Source: a virus
IMG/VR virus record: IMGVR_UViG_3300045988_087402
Reading direction: 5' to 3' (one strand)
Length of the DNA stretch: 64,000 nucleotides
Shown: piece by piece, positions 59,201 to 64,000 of the stretch
Layout of the letters: each line of letters starts with the position of its first letter
Numbering within the stretch: the stretch's first letter is position 1
Made by a program: the position numbers and the translations under genes
Notes under the pieces: model-generated
Database searches by the model: none
Told to the model about the DNA's origin: nothing
The model's input: only the letters and a program-made list of their open reading frames with translations

Positions 59201-62200
59201 TTACTGAATTATATAATGGTAAACCTAATAGATTTAGTTATGCTTCTGCTTTTATAATGCAACCTGTAATTGTAGAATTAGTAAATTTTAAAAGTGGAGC
59301 TATAATTACAAATCCTAATTTTAGTATATTAGATGCTTGTAATACTCTTATAATAAAATATACGGATATTCTTAATTCTAAATATGAACAAAAAATTCCA
59401 TATTATTATTATAAATATAAATTACATACTACTGAAGAATTAGTTAGATTTATTAAGAATAGAAATAATGAATCTTTAAGTTATTATTTAGGTCAATTAG
59501 ATGTTTTATATCTGTTTAGAGAATATGAGACTATATCTAATGATATAATTGATTTATCATTTGTATTAAAAACCGATGTTCCAGTTAATGATTTTAATAC
59601 AGCTGATGAACGTGAATCTAAACTCGCGGATTCTTATATAAATAGAGATAAATATTTTAGTATATTAAGAGATGCGTATACAAAATCATTAAGTTATATA
59701 GATTCTATATCTGAAACAGAAGAATATTGGGATAATTATAAAGTTTTATTTACAGATTTTAAATCTCTCTCTACAGGAGATTTTAAAATAAAATATCCTA
59801 ATATTAGTTATAAAGATATAGAATTTATTACATTACCTAATTATTATGAAGCTCTAAATGATTTTCCAAATCTTATCACATGGCAAGATAGAAAAAATAA
59901 GTTAGAACTTCTTAATATATCTTATAAACCAGTTGGTAATGTAACAGTAAATGGACAAGATATTATAAGTGTTGTATTTACAGGTTTAAATGAAAATTAT
60001 AAATTTAATGGTATAATAAAGCCTAATTATAAAGATAGTCTTTATGGTATAATTCAAGTTAGAGAACAGTATGGACATTGGTTGTTTGCTAATTCTTTTA
60101 ATAAAGTTTTCGCACAACGTTCTTTGGCTATGAGAAAAGCTGTTCGTACTTTCTTACAGCAAAATGGAAAATCTTATAATAGAAAAGCTAATAATTATGT
60201 TACAGGAAAAGTATTAGAATATTATATACAATCTTACGGAGATGAAACTGTACCTATAATGTCTAATATTCCTGCAAAACAAATTAAAACAATATTAGGT
60301 ATAATATCTGATGAAGAGAGAGCTAAACATAATAAATATATAAGTGAGTTACAAAATAATTTAGGAGATGTTATAACTAACGACAAATTTTCTAAATGGG
60401 TTAGTTTAACATTAGAAGAACAAATTAATTTAATACTTAATGATAAATCTCTTAAATCTTATATTAATAAAGCTGATTTTAGATTTTCTAATATATTTAA
60501 TCATTTACAAATAGTAAGAGATAGTATAAGACGATATGGTTATTCTGTAATAAGAATTATAACAGACGATTCAAATAAACTTTCTATAGATGATGTTTCA
60601 TCTGGTATATTAACTATGTATCAAAGTGATATACCTTATATAGCACATACTATTAGAAATTTAATTGCTTATACTTATATAACAGAAGGTTTTACTTATG
60701 GTGCTAATATATCTAAATTTATACCTATAGAAATACTTACTTCTGATTTAGTAAATGAAAGTTATCAAAAACGTATAACACAAATCGGTGTAATAGACCC
60801 TACTATAGGTATATCTGATTATGGACAAGCTCTTCGTACAGCTGAAACAAAACTACTTAATGGTGAAACTTTTAATATAGAAGAATCACTTGATTATATA
60901 AGTAGACAAAATCCATCTATAAATGCTACTATACCAAGTTATAGAGAACAACATAGAATTAATAATAGTACAATATATCAAGCAACATTTGGTCTTTTAG
61001 TTAATTCTGAAGGATATAATGTTGGTAAAATGCGAGTTACAGATGCTAATGGTATAGAACGTAATATAATATTTGAAACAAAAGAACGTGTTATAGCTTC
61101 TACTCGTTCTAATGCAAAATATCTTACAGAACGTTTAGATGGTAATGTAACTATTTATAAAAGAAGTGATTCATTTTTATATAATACAACAGATAATTCT
61201 AAAGAAGTTTATTATTATTATCCTGTTAGTAGACTTCTTCCTAATGAATTTTCTGAATATAGTATCATAGATAAATATAATGTATCTGATAGAATACTTA
61301 TTCAGGATGAAAACGGAACAATATCTACAATAGATGTTGATACATTTGTTAAAAGATATAGTACGTTAAAAGATTTCTTAATTACTTTAAATAAATTAGA
61401 ATCTGAATATAAAAATAAAAGTAATAAAGATGCTCCAGCTAATTTTGAAAATAATTCTGATGAAGGAGTTATAATAAATGTTCCCTATGATTATGTAGAA
61501 GAAGTTTCTTATGAACCTGAAGAAATATCCGAAGATGTACCTATTGAATCTAAAAGAAAATCACCTTTATATTCTTTAGGAATAACTTTTGAAGATACTG
61601 TTACTGAAAAAAGTAATAAATCTCTTATAGAAACTGTTAAAGATGAAGTTTCTAAAAATGATAATCTTATTTATATAGGACATGAATCAAATATTGTTAG
61701 TAGAATATATGATACGAATGGTAAATTTATTCATGTTGATTTTACTAAAAATCCTTATGATGAAGCCAATAGAATTTCTAAGTTGTTAAAAGAAGGTGAT
61801 TATCTTATAGTAGGTGATAGATTTGAAGATGCTGGAATTACTACAGAAACAGGTTCTATATGGACAAAACTATTTATAGATAAACTTTATCAAAATAATG
61901 GTAATATAAATTCTATAAATACTATATTAAATGATGGTTTTGGATTTGCTGTATCTCAATCTTATGTAGATGTAAATAGACGCAATGTAACTTATTCAGA
62001 ACCTAAGCAATTATTTAGTAAAACAATTAATATAAAAAAGCCTTCTAATATAGGTATTGAAACTCGTACTAAAAAGAATAGTATAATAGCTCTTGATTAT
62101 TATCAAAGTCTTGATAAATTAAAAAAGTTTTTAGAAAGAAATAATATACCTAATACAGCTGCTATATTAGATGCTTATAGTAATATAAATAAAGAAGATT

Positions 62201-64000
62201 ACGATGGTTCATTAGAAAATGACATAAATGATGCTAATCAAAATGCTGTATTTTATGCTTTTGAAAGAATGATTCCTATAATGGAAAATCTTATGGATTC
62301 TATAAGACTTCTTTTAATGGAAGTTGAAAGTGTAAATACAGATACAATTAGAAATGATTATGCAAAATGGCAAGATTATAAAGTAAAAGTAAATAGTCTT
62401 AGAATTTTAATTGATTATCTTAATAAGTTTAAAGATATTCAACCTATAACTATAAACGATACTATTTATAACTCTGAATCTGAAGAGGATGTTGCATCAT
62501 TTCATGAAGAATTTGATACAGCTAATAAAGCTATTGAACGATTATCTGAATTATATAATAAATCTATTAGTTTACAAAGTAGAGTATTAGATAAAGTTCA
62601 AGAAATTATAGTAGATTTAGTTATAACTCAAAGTCGTAATCCGAATTATGCTACAGCTTTTTCTAAAGTATTAGAAGCTGCTCGAAAAAATGATTTTGAT
62701 TCTTCTACTTTTGATATAGAAAATCTTAAAATAACAAGTGAAGAATATAATGATATAGTAGCTAAAGTATTTGCTCTTAAAAATTCGGATATTACTTTTT
62801 GGCAAAGTAAATTAGATTCTCCTTTTGTAACAGGTGTAACACTTACTGACATAATAGGTAAACAATATACTACAATTAAGTACGAAAATAATAAAAGAAT
62901 TAATAAATTATTAGATAAAGTAGAAGATGCTATAAAAGAATTAGAAAAAGCTGAAAACTTAAATCTTTCTACTTATGAAGCAAGAAATAAATATTTTCGT
63001 AAATTTGTTAATGATTATGGTACTTTTATAAATGATTATAATAAAGATGCTGTAGATGAACAAGTTCAAGGATTAAAAGATTCTATACAAGATTTATATA
63101 ATAGAAAATATTATGGTGCTACATATATTGATGAAAGACTTGTAGATGATATTATAAAAGAAACTGATGATTATATTTTAGATTTTAATACAAATTCTGA
63201 TGGAATATTAATCCCTCTAACAGATGAAGAAGTAGATTCTTTATTAAAAGAAATAGAAGGTAAGTCAGATGTTGTTATAAATAATTATCTAAAATATAAT
63301 GGATACTATGAAATAAAAAGGATAACAAAAATAGGAGAAACTCCTGAAAAAGTATTTTATAAATTATCTTATAAAGATAGTGCGAAAAATGTTAAATATA
63401 GTGAATTGACAGAAGCTGAATTAAAGTTTTTAAATACTATTAAAACTATTATTGGAAATGTTATTTTAGAATATAATCCGTCTTGGTTTATTTCTCCGGA
63501 TGCTATAATAGATATATTTCCTTATTTAGCAAAACCGGATTCAAAAAATTCACTTAAAAGATTTATAGGTGTTCCCGGAATTAAAAAAGATTCTACTTAT
63601 GAAGGACTTGATAGAAAAAATAAATATATACTTAAAGCAAGTACCTTAAGTATACCTAATTTCAATCCTGTTTTTAATATTCCTAAAAGAAGAGTAGGAG
63701 AAGTTTATGATGATTATGCTGAAAGAGTAGCAAGAGAATTTAATGAATGGTATAGAAAAAATCCGGATGCAATAGAGCCAAAAACTCAATTAAAATCTAT
63801 TGCAGATATTAGAGATTATAATAGTTATGTTAGAAAGTTAAATCATACAGAAGCTATTGATAAAAGAACTTATGATATAAAAGCTGTAATGGAATCTTTT
63901 ATAAAAGAGCTTTATAATATCAAAATTGTTAATGATTTTATTATAGATTGGGAACTCGGTAAATTTGCATTAGATAGTGCAGCTGGTGAAGCTAAAATAG
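53296..64000 (+). CDS. Giant virion-associated protein, N-terminal part of more than 3568 aa. The ORF is still open at the window end.
   Basis: ATG at 53296 lies 3 nt after the previous stop. I translated the first 100 or so codons without a stop. The frame phase reaches 64000 without a stop, and the track lists no plus-strand stop-bounded ORF after 53292. The minus-strand ORFs listed inside it are antisense artefacts. Confidence 0.6.
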   Translation, partial: MNYCNIIPTIGESNTPSHVFTSVLNLGNIISTEDILSMDIKAKSIRDLATLIFKYSQSANIINKGFPTYEDTGEVKLEYTLKYIIDNPNISNSSAKRIYQKMLDYLKVDIETLYNPTIKYNGTFSRTDLNYSNAVLVQIYNELIEEIPNLRTKSQITLKKLILNRLLEKMAPYRANDNTWEQFVNDYFEDVLKVDSIIWNEFITYLSTEYGIKYYNVQKDLTLSDIEGTFTTDGVEEIWDASSQDKINRKNTIAAIVKNKLAKILNDVNHGDSTVNKLYIPLPMDINSLWNRLINLHIYDKTRGDIVASLERVILQFNDTEKFTDKSNIIGFQKILDEFHKADEGIVDSQNFVNAYISGVALAVIPVNAIALDVDFVASIMTQNRASFAFNVYYDRFISVIQNNLKFGLYDPFNEASERATVITDNGILNIDKTLDSITNAINVIGLDISHRALLSYINSQSDKQGALQEVSNTLNYILKEIDTLKGNRDINYESSTDNRGALYRLANIASLDFDSIGKLSYLDVRGELNYSPQYENLLTSLFRGIAVRGKVREDYLNYRFKDYLNDPTLKFDNLLWYDDATGIGIFEHTKRVDGEGYKLNDSFVDRLAKGEEFIISKFDGIRISEDYSSRGYKYKSIQSTTYKFTEILANLMGQYIFLTSDSPRSYMISVRHIDIDDLYVNEVINIKSKIFTALSKIVDNNLRIFELYGSRVFNIDLNTDEGKDLATSIHNVKYWNGKTIFDKDGIPTGRAFKFLDLTYNDGNGSVNIIKYIANENGVSESDVYKELVKSVVNGVISKYDVSSYIPAFVTKYIQYAENSAESDFGDIAELVSRVSIKLGDTRLSLIEDSRNDAIDELYNDYIEDYKNRHKQEPSFKQKEVLYERSKREVYDTNTEIGKEVYKKAILKIILNNAVYGTSFDGLVYGKLSEYKSTIDYNKRGTQIVKTGLNSIDTGKPIKILVVEDMEFASNIIDKMFVDSTDVTELAIKKSYEKPATINDSMSIITDVRFEDLLKSTGRWDEYKKIVADLRDETEKFNPFLYDKLIEQLKLFGVARRRRGDFLIKDTAVYDDSGNILSDIFADEVDTVQIKDSTIVLFKSTTRGTAMGDVYDYMIDNDIQQISPKSAVKVSGITPIKIHDDKGRFVAPIVDSRSLLNMKSSDFVIQQDVKPDIIDAEVTVPSRLFKNILGTLSASHYTVDGKSYTPYEFAKEFNTIVSSTIQEDAISVAYELGAIDETGNIRTDNVGNIQLDTRKLTKYFQDVVQDDNSSINIKKALELDSVGQPKMPLSFPVTYRKFERILASKFTKDVIYRKLPGFHAPLRADIFTASNSLISREQYLDKDSYDKAIEDLYERGIITYSRDFIDRCKAEGRSLELRAEYGYDENGELIYKAEVIANPWLKEFFDTIPIIRRVDMGDGVYKEFLSVDIDAIPIEARTMFGGRIPSEGLMSLVVFEIVGFLNTGATQAIFPQSLITRTGWDFDIDTIYAYAKHINFNGESYTIPKYDSKMISEINENLSKYYALKDILKESLEIIKVTKSDTDTSLNSPAFKILTKYFIKLYSSDSNTDVSLDSIIPTLDSILATISNKESIEYKNILRIKTYVQESIPSIVSRVKVNFTNLINTAREYTEAIEYLKYIKQRDLTQEERIDLNPGIDNNYVQNKRRMFNELLLSIERDIKTTNKIFNKIKTLINSIDITSKDSDNIISINDYYTVKDFFEPFIKGSIKNDSGKVINIFSIFDNIEEKINRQYTGLKESKGYDFEDISESVTISRQARDNRIIDMVISVLSNKNHRIDIDKPNSFDNISAVSARDNALWGKSNNGLNPHNLADKISLNISSMSSTILKGYSINTDGNIAILGNLHAKLNNPVRRIISIDSLPNNVTKEVLDSVLGSDNWSYTEDGRYVIVEDVWVGNNASNTFTDLSGERINMQLTEVTAAILDVLKSELMFNLNLDTIGVFRLLSQGCVTELYNGKPNRFSYASAFIMQPVIVELVNFKSGAIITNPNFSILDACNTLIIKYTDILNSKYEQKIPYYYYKYKLHTTEELVRFIKNRNNESLSYYLGQLDVLYLFREYETISNDIIDLSFVLKTDVPVNDFNTADERESKLADSYINRDKYFSILRDAYTKSLSYIDSISETEEYWDNYKVLFTDFKSLSTGDFKIKYPNISYKDIEFITLPNYYEALNDFPNLITWQDRKNKLELLNISYKPVGNVTVNGQDIISVVFTGLNENYKFNGIIKPNYKDSLYGIIQVREQYGHWLFANSFNKVFAQRSLAMRKAVRTFLQQNGKSYNRKANNYVTGKVLEYYIQSYGDETVPIMSNIPAKQIKTILGIISDEERAKHNKYISELQNNLGDVITNDKFSKWVSLTLEEQINLILNDKSLKSYINKADFRFSNIFNHLQIVRDSIRRYGYSVIRIITDDSNKLSIDDVSSGILTMYQSDIPYIAHTIRNLIAYTYITEGFTYGANISKFIPIEILTSDLVNESYQKRITQIGVIDPTIGISDYGQALRTAETKLLNGETFNIEESLDYISRQNPSINATIPSYREQHRINNSTIYQATFGLLVNSEGYNVGKMRVTDANGIERNIIFETKERVIASTRSNAKYLTERLDGNVTIYKRSDSFLYNTTDNSKEVYYYYPVSRLLPNEFSEYSIIDKYNVSDRILIQDENGTISTIDVDTFVKRYSTLKDFLITLNKLESEYKNKSNKDAPANFENNSDEGVIINVPYDYVEEVSYEPEEISEDVPIESKRKSPLYSLGITFEDTVTEKSNKSLIETVKDEVSKNDNLIYIGHESNIVSRIYDTNGKFIHVDFTKNPYDEANRISKLLKEGDYLIVGDRFEDAGITTETGSIWTKLFIDKLYQNNGNINSINTILNDGFGFAVSQSYVDVNRRNVTYSEPKQLFSKTINIKKPSNIGIETRTKKNSIIALDYYQSLDKLKKFLERNNIPNTAAILDAYSNINKEDYDGSLENDINDANQNAVFYAFERMIPIMENLMDSIRLLLMEVESVNTDTIRNDYAKWQDYKVKVNSLRILIDYLNKFKDIQPITINDTIYNSESEEDVASFHEEFDTANKAIERLSELYNKSISLQSRVLDKVQEIIVDLVITQSRNPNYATAFSKVLEAARKNDFDSSTFDIENLKITSEEYNDIVAKVFALKNSDITFWQSKLDSPFVTGVTLTDIIGKQYTTIKYENNKRINKLLDKVEDAIKELEKAENLNLSTYEARNKYFRKFVNDYGTFINDYNKDAVDEQVQGLKDSIQDLYNRKYYGATYIDERLVDDIIKETDDYILDFNTNSDGILIPLTDEEVDSLLKEIEGKSDVVINNYLKYNGYYEIKRITKIGETPEKVFYKLSYKDSAKNVKYSELTEAELKFLNTIKTIIGNVILEYNPSWFISPDAIIDIFPYLAKPDSKNSLKRFIGVPGIKKDSTYEGLDRKNKYILKASTLSIPNFNPVFNIPKRRVGEVYDDYAERVAREFNEWYRKNPDAIEPKTQLKSIADIRDYNSYVRKLNHTEAIDKRTYDIKAVMESFIKELYNIKIVNDFIIDWELGKFALDSAAGEAKI

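Noticed and set aside
1-64000. Alternative genetic code (TAG or TGA reassignment), as reported for some crAss-like phages
   Set aside because: All large structural ORFs, including those of 7.5 kb and more than 10.7 kb, are uninterrupted under the standard code. The only tRNA found is an ordinary tRNA-Leu(UAA) and no suppressor tRNA was seen.

Overview
The window is strongly AT-rich, and the proteins read from it are rich in N, K, I and Y. I infer it is a large segment of a tailed-phage genome. It resembles crAss-like (Crassvirales-type) podophages of Bacteroidetes hosts, based on BACON-like SNTxWT repeats, multi-thousand-residue virion protein genes, the TerL-portal-MCP order and AT-richness. 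This is inference only; no database search was possible. The layout has three parts. (i) 1-7600: a leftward (minus-strand) early/replication arm. It carries a family-4-like uracil-DNA glycosylase, an SF1B Dda/RecD-like helicase, a small HExxH protein, several small hypotheticals and a tRNA-Leu(UAA). (ii) About 7600-13150: an unusually long repeat-saturated region of about 5.5 kb with almost no credible genes. It holds many different 12-nt-period tandem arrays and hundreds of nt in which one strand lacks C or lacks G. It also holds recurring hairpin motifs, five copies of an 18-mer, and only two credible small minus-strand genes, one with atypically high GC. (iii) 13150-64000: a rightward (plus-strand) late arm. 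Its order is a PD-(D/E)XK nuclease, a lysis-like cassette (YkuD-like enzyme, overlapping spanin-like pair, small membrane proteins), putative TerS, TerL, portal, scaffold-like, major capsid, head/tail proteins including BACON-like repeat proteins, tandem fibre-like paralogs, then giant genes of 1144, 576, 1000 and 2509 aa and one of more than 3568 aa that runs off the window end. The standard genetic code suffices, because the giant ORFs are uninterrupted. The most unusual signal is a conserved GC-rich element of about 30-40 bp (core GGCCACAAGGGCGAGAGGGTGTTCCG) present in 7 copies in both orientations. Three copies lie in-frame inside coding sequences: one in the UDG and an inverted pair inside the 2509-aa gene. 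The inverted pair flanks a 179-bp segment that is open in both orientations. This may be a mobile GC-cluster-like element or an in-frame invertible segment. Other notable signals are two hairpins beside the tRNA that share a loop but differ in stem, and a GC-rich island near the tRNA.
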